A DNA stretch of 37,602 nucleotides from the sequence record SRR2962707_1149, one strand, 5' to 3'. The stretch's first letter is position 1; the number at the start of each line of letters is the position of its first letter. The notes under the pieces are model-generated. The model had not been told where the DNA came from, ran no database searches, and saw only the letters and a program-made list of their open reading frames with translations. Position numbers and translations under genes: made by a program. Below are positions 27,677-36,780 of the stretch, in pieces.

Positions 27677-29248
27677 ATGAGTAAAAAATCTGCTAGCCGA
27701 ATCTCGGCACGATTGACGAAATCAGTATCTATTTTAGCGCTTGGCGCATCTTTAGCTGGATGCTCATCAGGCACTGTTCGTTTCTCGGATGGTTTCTACA
27801 CCGGTGCCATTCCTAAGCAAAGTCCGAGCGCTACGCAGACCGCATATCCATCGACAGCGGCCAACCAACCTTATCAAGCGCCTGATTATACGCCGACAGA
27901 CTATGGCAACAATGTTGTTGGCCAGAATGTTGATGATGTTTACACAGGTTCAGTCCGCACAAATTCTAACGTTCGCCGCGAAGTTTTAAGCGCGCCACAA
28001 ACGCCTTATCCAGTGCGCAACGCTAACACACCGCCTGCGCCAGTTGCTGCGGTGGCAGCGAAAACAAAATTAGCGCCGGTCAGTACAGCTTCGGCTCCTG
28101 TTGTTAAGCCAGTAAATCCTGCTGTCCCCGCAGCAAAATCTGGCATTGATCCGATGACAACGGCCACTGTCAGCAAGCCCGCGGCTCCCGCTGGTGCTGC
28201 GCGGACTGAGGGTTGGACAGCTGCTGGTGGCACTTATGTGACAATGCGCGAAGGTGAAACAGTTTATAATCTTGCTAAACGCTACGGCGTTCCGGCTAAC
28301 GCTATCATGGAAGCTAATAATATCAGCGATCCAAAATCGATTACGGCTGGTAAGCAGGTTATTATTCCGACCTATGTTTATTCTCGCACCGCGCCTAATT
28401 CTATGCCTGACAATAATATTGCTGTGCGTTCTGCCAGTTCAAATGTTGGCGGCCGTACAGATATTCCGCTGTCGCAAGCGCCAAATCCAGCAACCCGTCC
28501 TGCACGCGGCTCAACTGCTGTCGTAGCGACACAGACGGCAACGCCATCTGCGTCAACCAGCACAACGTCTGGCGGCAAATATGTCGTTGCATCTGGTGAT
28601 ACATTAAGCCGCGTTGCATCGCGCACTGGAAGCAATGTGGCGGCAATTAAGCGTTTGAACGGTTTAACGACAGATAATATTCGTATTGGACAGACTTTGT
28701 TGATCCCTGGTGTTGCGGGCAACCCAACGGCTGAAAACTTGGCCACTGCTGCCAAAACGACAGATCCGGTCAAAACAAGTTCTGCATCAACACAGGCCGC
28801 TAAAGCCGCGCCAGCGGGTGCGATTTCGACGATTGATGCGAGCAGCACCGCAAAAGCACCAAGTGACACCGGCGTTGCTTCACTTAGATGGCCAGCCAAA
28901 GGCCGCGTTGTTTCTGCATTCGGTTCGAACTCCGGCGGTAAAGCCAATGATGGTATCGATATTTCGATGCCAGAGGGCACGTCTATTAAATCGGCTGAAA
29001 ACGGCGTTGTGATTTATGCCGGTGATGGTCTCAAAGAGTTCGGCAAAACCGTGCTTATCCGCCATGGCAATGGCCTTGTGACTGTTTATGGCAATCTGCA
29101 GACGATTAATGTGAAGCAGGGCGCAACTGTTAATCGCGGCCAATCGCTTGGTCTGTCTGGGATGAGCGGCAATGCACGCCAACCGCAGTTGCACTTTGAA
29201 GTGCGCAAGAACACATCTCCGGTGAACCCGCTCGAATATCTGGGCTAA
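27677..29248 (+). CDS. LysM-repeat / M23 (LytM) domain lipoprotein (NlpD/DipM-like)
   Basis: Lipobox LAGC; two LysM domains (GETVYNLAKRYGV; GDTLSRVASRTG); C-terminal LRWPAKGRV...NDGIDI...VLIRHGNGLVTVYGN...LHFEVRK. The HxxxD zinc motif appears as NDGID, suggesting a catalytically degenerate LytM. Confidence 0.9.
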   Translation: MSKKSASRISARLTKSVSILALGASLAGCSSGTVRFSDGFYTGAIPKQSPSATQTAYPSTAANQPYQAPDYTPTDYGNNVVGQNVDDVYTGSVRTNSNVRREVLSAPQTPYPVRNANTPPAPVAAVAAKTKLAPVSTASAPVVKPVNPAVPAAKSGIDPMTTATVSKPAAPAGAARTEGWTAAGGTYVTMREGETVYNLAKRYGVPANAIMEANNISDPKSITAGKQVIIPTYVYSRTAPNSMPDNNIAVRSASSNVGGRTDIPLSQAPNPATRPARGSTAVVATQTATPSASTSTTSGGKYVVASGDTLSRVASRTGSNVAAIKRLNGLTTDNIRIGQTLLIPGVAGNPTAENLATAAKTTDPVKTSSASTQAAKAAPAGAISTIDASSTAKAPSDTGVASLRWPAKGRVVSAFGSNSGGKANDGIDISMPEGTSIKSAENGVVIYAGDGLKEFGKTVLIRHGNGLVTVYGNLQTINVKQGATVNRGQSLGLSGMSGNARQPQLHFEVRKNTSPVNPLEYLG

Positions 29249-29276
29249 CTGCGTCAGAATTATAAAAGAATGAGAT

Positions 29277-29308
29277 GCGGCCAGCGTTTAAACGCTGGCC
29301 GCTTTTTT
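29277..29308. terminator. Terminator between convergent genes
   Basis: Perfect palindrome GCGGCCAGCGTTTAAACGCTGGCCGC followed by TTTTTT. Confidence 0.85.
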
Positions 29309-29309
29309 A

Positions 29310-30191
29310 TTAGTCCGCTTTAAGCGTTTGTTCTAAGCGTCCGGCAAGATCGGTAATATATTGCCAAGCAACGCGGCCTGAACGCCCGCCGCGTGTGGTT
29401 GCCCATTCAAGTGCATCGCGGCGAAGTTCTTCTGGCGCTATTTTCAGGCCATGATAGGCGACATAGCCACTGACCATATCTAAATAGTCGTCTTGCGAAC
29501 ATTTATGGAAGCCGAGCCAAAGCCCAAAGCGGTCTGACAGTGAGACTTTTTCTTCAACTGCCTCTGATGGATTGATCGCTGTTGAGCGCTCATTTTCAAT
29601 CATATCACGGGGCAACAGATGGCGCCGGTTGGACGTAGCATAAAAAATCACATTGTCAGGACGCCCTTCGACGCCGCCATCAAGCGCAGCTTTGAGTGAT
29701 TTGTATGATGTGTCGTCGTGATCGAAAGATAAATCATCACAAAAAAGAATGAAGCGACAATCGCTTGCCCGCAACCGGCTGAGCAAGCGGGGCAGGGCAT
29801 CGATGTCTTCGCGGTGAATCTCAATCAGTTTAATGGACGCATTGTAATCTTGATTTGTTGCTGCATGGGCCGCTTTAACCAGCGAAGATTTGCCCATGCC
29901 GCGCGCCCCCCACAATAAAACATTGTTAGCGGGCAATCCTTTCGCAAAGCGGGCGGTGTTATCCAAAAGTTGGTCGCGGACGCGGTCGACACCCTTTATC
30001 AATGTCACATCAACGCGGTTTACGCGTGGCACGGCAACCAAATTGCTAGTTGCAGCGTCAAAAACAAAGCAATCCGCGGCTTCTAAATTGAGCGGTGTTT
30101 GTTTTTTTGGGCCCAAGCCTTCGACGGCAGCAATGAGCTGATCGAGCTTTTTTGACAGTTCTTGGAGGCTTAATTGCGCATCATTCGTCAT
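29310..30191 (-). CDS. DUF815 family AAA+ ATP-binding protein
   Basis: LLWGARGMGKSSLVKA (Walker A), LFCDDLSF (Walker B), YATSNRRHL, SLSDRFGLWL, RSGRVAWQ. Confidence 0.9.
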   Translation of the reverse strand: MTNDAQLSLQELSKKLDQLIAAVEGLGPKKQTPLNLEAADCFVFDAATSNLVAVPRVNRVDVTLIKGVDRVRDQLLDNTARFAKGLPANNVLLWGARGMGKSSLVKAAHAATNQDYNASIKLIEIHREDIDALPRLLSRLRASDCRFILFCDDLSFDHDDTSYKSLKAALDGGVEGRPDNVIFYATSNRRHLLPRDMIENERSTAINPSEAVEEKVSLSDRFGLWLGFHKCSQDDYLDMVSGYVAYHGLKIAPEELRRDALEWATTRGGRSGRVAWQYITDLAGRLEQTLKAD

Positions 30192-30239
30192 TTATGCGGC
30201 TTTCTTTTAAAAACAGCCGGTACTTGCGTCCGGTTTAGG

Positions 30240-30267
30240 TTGCATTGGAGTGCTTCGTGACTATATT
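30240..30267 (+). promoter_or_regulatory. Putative sigma70 promoter of yajC-secDF
   Basis: TTGCAT-N16-TATATT about 50 nt upstream of the yajC ATG (RBS AAGGAG). Confidence 0.4.
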
Positions 30268-30317
30268 CGCCTCACATTTAGGGGTGCAAGCCCGCTTGAG
30301 TCTTAAGGAGTTCTATA

Positions 30318-30677
30318 ATGTTTATTACGCCAGCCTTCGCGCAGGGAACCGGTGCGGCCGGTGGTGCAGATCTAGTTACGAGCCTTTTACCGTTCGTGCT
30401 GATTTTTGTGATCATGTATTTTTTGCTTATTCGTCCGCAACGAAAAGCAATGAAAGCACGTACTGCTATGCTTGCAGCCGTTCGTCGTAACGACACTGTT
30501 GTCACAAGCGGCGGTATTGTTGGTAAAGTCACGAAAGTGATCGACGACAATGAGCTTGAAATTGAAATTGCAGCGAACACAAAAGTTCGTTTGGTGCGCT
30601 CGATGCTTGCTGACGTGCGGGTAAAAGGCGAGCCAGTGCCTGCAAATGACACTGCTGCCAAAAAAGAAACAAAATAA
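30318..30677 (+). CDS. yajC: Preprotein translocase subunit YajC
   Basis: MFITPAFAQ, IMYFLLIRPQ, DTVVTSGGIVGKV. Confidence 0.96.
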   Translation: MFITPAFAQGTGAAGGADLVTSLLPFVLIFVIMYFLLIRPQRKAMKARTAMLAAVRRNDTVVTSGGIVGKVTKVIDDNELEIEIAANTKVRLVRSMLADVRVKGEPVPANDTAAKKETK

Positions 30678-30689
30678 TCTATTTAAATT

Positions 30690-30714
30690 AAAGGCTGCCG
30701 ATGGGCGGCCTTTT
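30690..30714 (+). terminator. Hairpin/terminator between yajC and secDF
   Basis: AAAGGCTGCC-gatg-GGCGGCCTTTT. Confidence 0.65.
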
Positions 30715-30738
30715 CAATAAAAAGCGCGAACGATTAAC

Positions 30739-33324
30739 ATGCTCTATTTTTCACCGTGGAAAACTGCTCTCATCTGGCTGACTGTGGTCGCTGGCCTTTT
30801 GTTCGCGTTGCCCAACCTTTATCCGCAATCTGTCAAAGATAGCTTACCTGAAATTATACCCACCCAAGGCATGACTTTGGGCTTGGACCTTCAGGGCGGC
30901 GTGCACCTTCAACTTAAACTTGATCGTGAAGAACTGATTGCCAATCGTCTGGAAGCTGTTCGTGATCAGGCGCGGCAATTGCTGCGTGATGCAGGTATTG
31001 GCTACACAGGCCTATCGGGCAAAGGGCAAACTGTTTCTTTGCGCATCCGCGATGTAGCAGATACGGCAAAGGCGGTTGAAGCGCTGCAAGAGCTAACAAC
31101 GCCAATTTCAGGCGGTGGATTGACCGGCGGTGCGGTCAATGAAGTGGATATCGTTCAAGAAGATGGCGGCTTGCTCAATCTTAATCTGACCGAAGCCGGT
31201 CTTGATTACCGTATGAAGCAAGCGCTTTCGCAGACTGTTGAAGTGGTCCGCAATCGTATCGACCAATTGGGTACGACAGAGCCAATTATTCAGCGCCAAG
31301 GCACGGACCGCATTATTTTGCAGGTTCCAGGCGCGACTGACCCAGAACGCTTAAAAGCGCTATGTTGTACGACTGCGCGTTTGACATTCCAAATGGTGGA
31401 TACTGAGCATTCAGTTGAAGAAGCTGTTGCAGGACGTCCGCCGGTTGGCACAGAGGTTCTTTATTCGCAGGATGATCCGCCAATTCCTTATTTGGTGGAA
31501 ACACGCGAATTGGTTACTGGCGAAAACCTTGACGATGCGGGCGTATCATTTGATCGCAACACGAATGAGCCAGTGGTTACATTCCGCTTTGACTCAATCG
31601 GTGCGCAGCGTTTCTCTCGCGCCACATCACAAAATGTGGGCAAGCCATTTGCCATTATTCTAGATAATGAAGTGGTTTCGGCACCGCGCATCAATGAGCC
31701 AATTACAGGTGGTTCTGGCCAGATTTCTGGTAACTTCACCGTAGACGGCGCGAATAACCTCGCGATTTTGCTGAGAGCTGGCGCACTGCCGCTTAAGCCG
31801 ACATTTGTTGAAGAGCGTACAGTTGGCCCAAGCCTTGGTGCTGACTCTGTGGCTGCTGGCGAGATTGCCGGTATCATTGGCGCTGTCTTGGTTCTTGCCT
31901 TTATGTTCCTTGCCTACGGCCTTCTTGGCGTCATCGCCAATCTGGCATTGTTCATCAATATCGTGCTCCTTATCGCTGCTTTGTCGGCAATTGGTGCGAC
32001 GCTTACCTTGCCGGGTATTGCTGGTATCGTTTTGACCGTTGGTATGGCGGTTGACTCCAACGTGCTGATTTTTGAACGTATTCGCGAAGAAAAAGCGGCG
32101 GGGCGTTCGCTCATTCAAGCTATTGATGCGGGCTTCTCGCGCGCGCTTTCAACCATTGTTGATGCTAACGTCACCACACTGATCGCGGCTTGTATTCTAT
32201 TCTATCTAGGTTCGGGTCCGATCCGTGGCTTTGCGGTTACGCTTGCTCTTGGTATCGTAACAACCGTGTTTACAGCCTTCGTACTTACCCGTTGGATGGT
32301 TTCGTGGTGGTTGCGCCATCGCAAACCTAAAGAACTGCCTACGGGCTTCTTCACGCTTGTGCCTGACAATACGAATATTAAATTTATGTGGTTGCGCCGC
32401 TTTACGTTCACCGGTTCATCATTGGCCGTGATTGCGTCGGCTGTGTTGTTCGCAACAGTCAGCATGAATTTGGGTATCGACTTTAAGGGCGGTTCGCTCG
32501 TTGAGGTTCAGTCAAAAGCAGAAGTGGCTAGTGCCGGCGATGTTCGTGCTAAACTTTCTGACCTAAATTTGGGTGAAGTGCAGGTTCAGGGCTTTGGTTC
32601 ACCTCGCGACTTGCTGATCCGTATTGAAAGCCAAGGCGGCGGGGATAATGCAGAGCAAAGCGCGCTTAATCTTGTGCGCGGCGAACTGGAAGCTGATTAT
32701 GATATTCGCCGTGTAGAGGTTGTTGGTCCAACAGTTTCTGGTGAATTGGCAACGGCTGGCACAATCGCTGTTTTGGCAGCGCTCGGTGCAATCCTAGTCT
32801 ATATTTGGTTGCGCTTTGAATGGCAGTTTGCGCTTGGTGCCATTTTGGCTACGGCCAATGACGTGCTTTTGACCATCGGCATGTATGTGGTGACGGGACT
32901 TGAGTTCAATCTGTCCTCCATTGCTGCTATTTTGACGATTGTGGGTTACTCGCTCAACGATACGGTGGTTGTCTATGACCGTGTGCGCGAGAATTTGCGG
33001 CGTTATAAGAAAATGCCGCTGCCAGAATTGCTTGACCGTTCAATGAACGAAACATTGCCGCGTACAACGCTTACATCGTTCACGACTTTGCTTGCTTTGG
33101 CGGCACTGTTCTTCTTTGGCGGTGAAGTGTTGCAGAGCTTTGTGGCTGCGATGATATTCGGCGTTGTTGTCGGTACTTATTCATCCATCTTCATCGCTGC
33201 GCCATTGCTTATTCTGTTTAGACTTCGCCCTGAGTCTTTGGCTGACAAAGACGAAAAAGTGGACGAAGAAAAAGCAGCAACAGCAAATTCTGTACCGCTT
33301 GATATGGATGGCAATCGGCTGTGA
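30739..33324 (+). CDS. secDF: Fused protein translocase subunit SecDF
   Basis: SecD motifs LGLDLQGG, RNRIDQLG, VGPSLG, GMAVDSNVLIFERIRE and SecF motifs LGIDFKGG, VGPTVS, GYSLNDTVVVYDRVRE in one 861-aa ORF. Confidence 0.96.
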   Translation: MLYFSPWKTALIWLTVVAGLLFALPNLYPQSVKDSLPEIIPTQGMTLGLDLQGGVHLQLKLDREELIANRLEAVRDQARQLLRDAGIGYTGLSGKGQTVSLRIRDVADTAKAVEALQELTTPISGGGLTGGAVNEVDIVQEDGGLLNLNLTEAGLDYRMKQALSQTVEVVRNRIDQLGTTEPIIQRQGTDRIILQVPGATDPERLKALCCTTARLTFQMVDTEHSVEEAVAGRPPVGTEVLYSQDDPPIPYLVETRELVTGENLDDAGVSFDRNTNEPVVTFRFDSIGAQRFSRATSQNVGKPFAIILDNEVVSAPRINEPITGGSGQISGNFTVDGANNLAILLRAGALPLKPTFVEERTVGPSLGADSVAAGEIAGIIGAVLVLAFMFLAYGLLGVIANLALFINIVLLIAALSAIGATLTLPGIAGIVLTVGMAVDSNVLIFERIREEKAAGRSLIQAIDAGFSRALSTIVDANVTTLIAACILFYLGSGPIRGFAVTLALGIVTTVFTAFVLTRWMVSWWLRHRKPKELPTGFFTLVPDNTNIKFMWLRRFTFTGSSLAVIASAVLFATVSMNLGIDFKGGSLVEVQSKAEVASAGDVRAKLSDLNLGEVQVQGFGSPRDLLIRIESQGGGDNAEQSALNLVRGELEADYDIRRVEVVGPTVSGELATAGTIAVLAALGAILVYIWLRFEWQFALGAILATANDVLLTIGMYVVTGLEFNLSSIAAILTIVGYSLNDTVVVYDRVRENLRRYKKMPLPELLDRSMNETLPRTTLTSFTTLLALAALFFFGGEVLQSFVAAMIFGVVVGTYSSIFIAAPLLILFRLRPESLADKDEKVDEEKAATANSVPLDMDGNRL

Positions 33325-33728
33325 TAAAACAAATTAGATCGGGGATAGAAATACGCGAGGCGCATTTCCCCGGTCGTGCCCAAATTGATGCCTATGGCAA
33401 TGGCGGTTTCCGCTTTGCCGATATGTCTCATCGCGGCTCTGTTCTGCTTTTGCCATCGGGTGTCTATGGTTGGAAAATATCAGCGATGGCTGATGCAACC
33501 GTCGATGATTTCTCGCAAATTATTGATGAAGCCGAAAGCATCGATATATTGCTGCTGGGTTGCGGACCTGATTTGATGCGCGTTCCTGCTGGATTGCGCG
33601 ACGCGTTGCGCGAAAAGGGCGTCAGCGTTGATACGATGAGCACTGGCGCTGCAGTGCGCACCTATAATGTGTTGCTGGCTGAAGAGCGCAACGTCGCTGC
33701 GGCTTTGATCGCTGTAGATCAGGCCTAA
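33321..33728 (+). CDS. Mth938-like domain protein (NDUFAF3 homolog)
   Basis: IDAYGNGGFRF, ILLLGCG, MSTGAAVRTYNVLLAEERNVAAAL; GTG start overlapping the secDF stop. Confidence 0.9.
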   Translation: MIKQIRSGIEIREAHFPGRAQIDAYGNGGFRFADMSHRGSVLLLPSGVYGWKISAMADATVDDFSQIIDEAESIDILLLGCGPDLMRVPAGLRDALREKGVSVDTMSTGAAVRTYNVLLAEERNVAAALIAVDQA

Positions 33729-33745
33729 GGCGAGGGTGCAGGCGT

Positions 33746-34588
33746 TTGGCCATAAATAAAACGACAACAATCATCGATATGCTTCAGGCTAACGACCGCG
33801 CATCTTATAGTGCGTGTCTCTATCTGCCTGAGGATAAGCGCGAGCCGGTTGCCGCGCTTTGGGCCTTTAACAATGAAGTGGCGCGTATTCGCGATCTTGT
33901 GTCTGAGCCTTTGCCCGGGGAAATACGGTTGCAATGGTGGCGTGATGTTTTAGCCGGTGATCGCATGGAAGAGGGTGCACAGCATCCTATCGGCGCGGTG
34001 CTGCTGGATGCGATAGAGCGCTTCAACCTGCCGCGTGCTGCCTTTGATCATCTGTGTGAGGCGCGGATTTTTGATCTTTATAATGATCCGATGCCAACGC
34101 GCACCGATTTGGAAGGCTATTTGGGCGAAACGCGCTCGGTGCTATTTCAAATGGCCGTGCAGATATTAAATGATGGAAAGCCTGTTGAGGCCGCCGATGC
34201 CGCAGGCCATAGCGGCGTTGCGTTCGGCATTGCTGATTTATTGCGGCTGATGGCTTGGCAACGCGGTCGCGGCCAGTGCTTTGTTCCGCAAGATATATTG
34301 GCCGCTTCCGGTTTGAGTGTTGAGCAGTTTCTGTCGATTGATGAGCCGAAAACGGCATCTGCTGCTGCAGCGGCGTTTACTGCGCTCGGCGTCGATCATC
34401 TGGCGAAGGCCAAAACGGCGATTGGTGCTCTTGATAAGAATTTGCGCGCTGCATTTGTGCCGCTTGGTCTATGCGCGCCGACTTTTGCCAAAGCGACGAA
34501 GATGGGCGGATCTGTTGCCATTAAGCCGCTCACGCTGTCACCTTTGACCATGCAGTGGCATTTGCTGCGCACATCTATGAAACTGTAA
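33746..34588 (+). CDS. Squalene/phytoene synthase-like protein (NDUFAF6 homolog)
   Basis: ALWAFNNEVARIRDLVSEPLPGEIRLQWWRD, ARIFDL; no DDxxD motif; TTG start after GAGGG. Confidence 0.85.
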   Translation: MAINKTTTIIDMLQANDRASYSACLYLPEDKREPVAALWAFNNEVARIRDLVSEPLPGEIRLQWWRDVLAGDRMEEGAQHPIGAVLLDAIERFNLPRAAFDHLCEARIFDLYNDPMPTRTDLEGYLGETRSVLFQMAVQILNDGKPVEAADAAGHSGVAFGIADLLRLMAWQRGRGQCFVPQDILAASGLSVEQFLSIDEPKTASAAAAAFTALGVDHLAKAKTAIGALDKNLRAAFVPLGLCAPTFAKATKMGGSVAIKPLTLSPLTMQWHLLRTSMKL

Positions 34589-34592
34589 GCGC

Positions 34593-36011
34593 CTATTGCG
34601 CAATCAGGCTGAGTTCAGAGGCAAGCCATAATTTGCCGGCTTCTTTAGCGCGCGCGGTATAGGCGCGTTTTTTAGCCTGTGCTTTATCAGCGCCGCGAAA
34701 CCTCCCGACATGGCCTTCAGGCTTTTTCACTGCGCCTGCTCCAAGCGGCGGGAACAGGCCAAAATTGACGTTCATTGGTTGGAAAGAGCGTTTACCCTTT
34801 TCTTCCTCATGCACCAAATGGCCCTTCGTAATATGATTCAACAGGGCGCCGAAAGCCATTGTTATTGGTGGTAGATTTGGTTTGTCACCACGCGCTTCAG
34901 CAACTGCGAACCGGCCAGCAAGAAGGCCAATGGCTGATGATTCGACATAGCCTTCGCAGCCAGTGATTTGGCCCGCGAAACGCAGACCAGGGCGCGATTT
35001 AAGCGTCAAATCTTCTTCAAGCAGTGTCGGTGAGTTGAGGTAAGTATTGCGGTGCAGGCCGCCAAGACGTGCAAATTCAGCATTTTGCAAGCCCGGAATC
35101 ATGCGCAGGATATCAGTTTGCGCGCCGTAGCGCAGCTTGGTCTGAAAACCGACCATATTATAGAGCGTGCCGAGCGCATTATCTTGGCGCAATTGCACAA
35201 CCGCATAAGCCTTTTCTTCTGGCTTGTGGCTGTTTGTTAGGCCCATTGGCTTCATCGGGCCGTGGCGCAATGTTTCGCGGCCGCGCTCTGCCATCACTTC
35301 GATCGGCAGGCAGCCATCAAAATAAGGTGTGCCTTCCCATTCTTTAAAATCTGTGGTGTCGCCCTCGATTAGTGCATCGATAAAGGCGTTATATTCAGCC
35401 TCATTCATCGGGCAGTTGATGTAGTCCTTGCCATTTCCGCCCGGACCAACCTTGTCATAACGTGACTGGAACCAGCAGGTGTCCATATCCAGCGAATCAA
35501 AATGGATGATTGGTGCGATTGCATCGAAAAAAGCGAGCGCTTCTGCGCCGGTCTCTGCCTGAATGGCCTCAGCTAAAGAAGGCGCTGTGAGAGGACCTGT
35601 GGCGATAATCGTTTGGCCCCATTCTTTTGGCGGCAATCCGGTAATTTCTTCGCGCACGACGGTGATGTGCTTATGGGCATGAATTTTAGCGGTAACGCGA
35701 TCAGAAAATCCATCACGGTCAACAGCAAGGGCTGAACCGGCGGGCACTTGGCTTTCATCGGCACATGCGATGATGAGTGAACCGGCCATGCGCATCTCAT
35801 GGTGTATCAGGCCAACTGCATTGAGATCAGAATCGTCAGACCTGAATGAGTTTGAGCAGACGAGTTCGGCAAGGCCGTCCGTTTTGTGCGCCTCGGTGCC
35901 ACGAACGCCGCGCATCTCATGCAAGACGACGTCGATACCGCTTTGTGCGATCTGCCACGCGGCTTCAGAGCCTGCGAGGCCCCCGCCGATAATATGAATT
36001 GGATTGGTCAT
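34593..36011 (-). CDS. trmFO: Folate/FAD-dependent tRNA (uracil-54-C5)-methyltransferase
   Basis: [65 protein letters not shown]. Confidence 0.96.
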   Translation of the reverse strand: MTNPIHIIGGGLAGSEAAWQIAQSGIDVVLHEMRGVRGTEAHKTDGLAELVCSNSFRSDDSDLNAVGLIHHEMRMAGSLIIACADESQVPAGSALAVDRDGFSDRVTAKIHAHKHITVVREEITGLPPKEWGQTIIATGPLTAPSLAEAIQAETGAEALAFFDAIAPIIHFDSLDMDTCWFQSRYDKVGPGGNGKDYINCPMNEAEYNAFIDALIEGDTTDFKEWEGTPYFDGCLPIEVMAERGRETLRHGPMKPMGLTNSHKPEEKAYAVVQLRQDNALGTLYNMVGFQTKLRYGAQTDILRMIPGLQNAEFARLGGLHRNTYLNSPTLLEEDLTLKSRPGLRFAGQITGCEGYVESSAIGLLAGRFAVAEARGDKPNLPPITMAFGALLNHITKGHLVHEEEKGKRSFQPMNVNFGLFPPLGAGAVKKPEGHVGRFRGADKAQAKKRAYTARAKEAGKLWLASELSLIAQ

Positions 36012-36048
36012 GCGGCTGAGATAGCGCGAACAATGCGTTGGTTCAAAT

Positions 36049-36083
36049 AAAAAACACCCGCCAGCAGATCTGGCGGGTGTTTT
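36049..36083. terminator. Strong, bidirectional-capable terminator downstream of the first DUF1127 gene
   Basis: AAAACACCCGCCAG-cagat-CTGGCGGGTGTTTT, 14-bp perfect stem; T run on the - strand. Confidence 0.88.
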
Positions 36084-36120
36084 ATTGGAGCTATGGCTCT
36101 TGGGAGGATGACCGAAGCTC
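36049..36120 (-). ncRNA. Candidate 3'-UTR-derived cuckoo-like RNA (one anti-SD hairpin plus terminator)
   Basis: Minus strand: GAGCT..GGTC-ATCCTCCC-AAGAGCC..AGCTC hairpin directly followed by the terminator stem. Confidence 0.5.
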
Positions 36121-36165
36121 TATCTTTTAAACTTGGAATTAAACCAAGCTCTGCAATTAGGAACC

Positions 36166-36321
36166 TTAGTAGGCAGCAGCGCTCGCCGCTTTGCGCGCAA
36201 TCGCGTAAATGTCGGTGCGTGCCATCCCCATATCGCTCAATTCACGGTCTGAAAGGCCCTGAAGTTCGTTCGCTGTGCGACGCGCAATGCGCCAAGCGTT
36301 GAATGTGCGTGTAATAGACAT
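36166..36321 (-). CDS. DUF1127 (YjiS-like) arginine-rich small protein, 51 aa; absent from the ORF track
   Basis: Manual translation MSITRTFNAWRIARRTANELQGLSDRELSDMGMARTDIYAIARKAASAAAY*; DUF1127 pattern WR..RRT..EL..LSDREL.D.G; RBS AGGA 8 nt upstream. Confidence 0.93.
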   Translation of the reverse strand: MSITRTFNAWRIARRTANELQGLSDRELSDMGMARTDIYAIARKAASAAAY

Positions 36322-36403
36322 TTTCATTATCCTGTGCGTTCGTAGTCAAATTGTTTCGACACACCGAATATGGACTTTATTTGGGAGATTTAAATACACA
36401 GTT

Positions 36404-36422
36404 GCGCATAACACCTATGCGC
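36404..36422. promoter_or_regulatory. Palindromic operator GCGCATA-N5-TATGCGC (GCAT-N7-ATGC core) upstream of DUF1127 gene 1
   Basis: Perfect 7-bp inverted repeat; minus-strand -10-like CATATT at 36367-36372; same geometry as at the second DUF1127 gene. Confidence 0.6.
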
Positions 36423-36456
36423 TCACCGCAAGGCGTTATTAACAGATCGTATCTTT

Positions 36457-36572
36457 AAAACGCAAAACACCCACTGGGGGAGAACCAGCGGGCGTTGCAT
36501 TAGAGAGATTGTGGGGGAGAACCACATCTCATATTTCCGCTAAGACCAAGGGAGGAGAACGTCATAGCGGAG
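36457..36572 (-). ncRNA. Cuckoo family (alpha-r14/CcsR-like) sRNA with three anti-Shine-Dalgarno hairpins
   Basis: Minus strand: TCCGCTA..TTCTCCTCCC..TAGCGGA; GAGATGTGG-TTCTCCC-CCACAATCTC; GCAACGCCCGCTGG-TTCTCCC-CCAGTGGGTGTTTTGC then GTTTT; lies directly 3' of a DUF1127 gene. Confidence 0.85.
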
Positions 36573-36581
36573 AATTCTTAA

Positions 36582-36731
36582 TTACTTCGCGCGGTATGCG
36601 CCGCGAGCGATGCTTGAAATGTCGCCGCGGTTGATGCCGAGGTCGTTTAGTTCACGTGATGTAAGACGTGAAAGTTCGTTGAATGTGCGGCGAGCTTGGC
36701 GCCATGCAGTGATTGAGCGTGTGATGTTCAT
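36582..36731 (-). CDS. DUF1127 (YjiS-like) arginine-rich small protein, 49 aa; absent from the ORF track
   Basis: Manual translation MNITRSITAWRQARRTFNELSRLTSRELNDLGINRGDISSIARGAYRAK*; RBS GGGA upstream. Confidence 0.93.
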   Translation of the reverse strand: MNITRSITAWRQARRTFNELSRLTSRELNDLGINRGDISSIARGAYRAK

Positions 36732-36780
36732 AATAGTATTCCCGTTGTGATGCCCACTTGTGGAGCAAATCTTGTTCTAA

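Noticed and set aside
75-36011. Numerous 60-200 aa ORFs antisense to or out of frame within the called genes (e.g. 2629-3189, 4360-4830, 14600-15127, 18151-18666, 28378-28980)
   Set aside because: They largely overlap well-supported conserved genes, have no recognisable motifs or RBS, and look like shadow ORFs
36093-36302. 69-aa plus-strand ORF
   Set aside because: Antisense to the DUF1127 gene at 36166-36321 and to its 3' hairpin
36457-36572. Repeated GGGGGAGAAC units as a mini-CRISPR array
   Set aside because: The repeats are only 13 bp, sit in hairpin loops, and no cas genes are nearby; they fit a cuckoo sRNA
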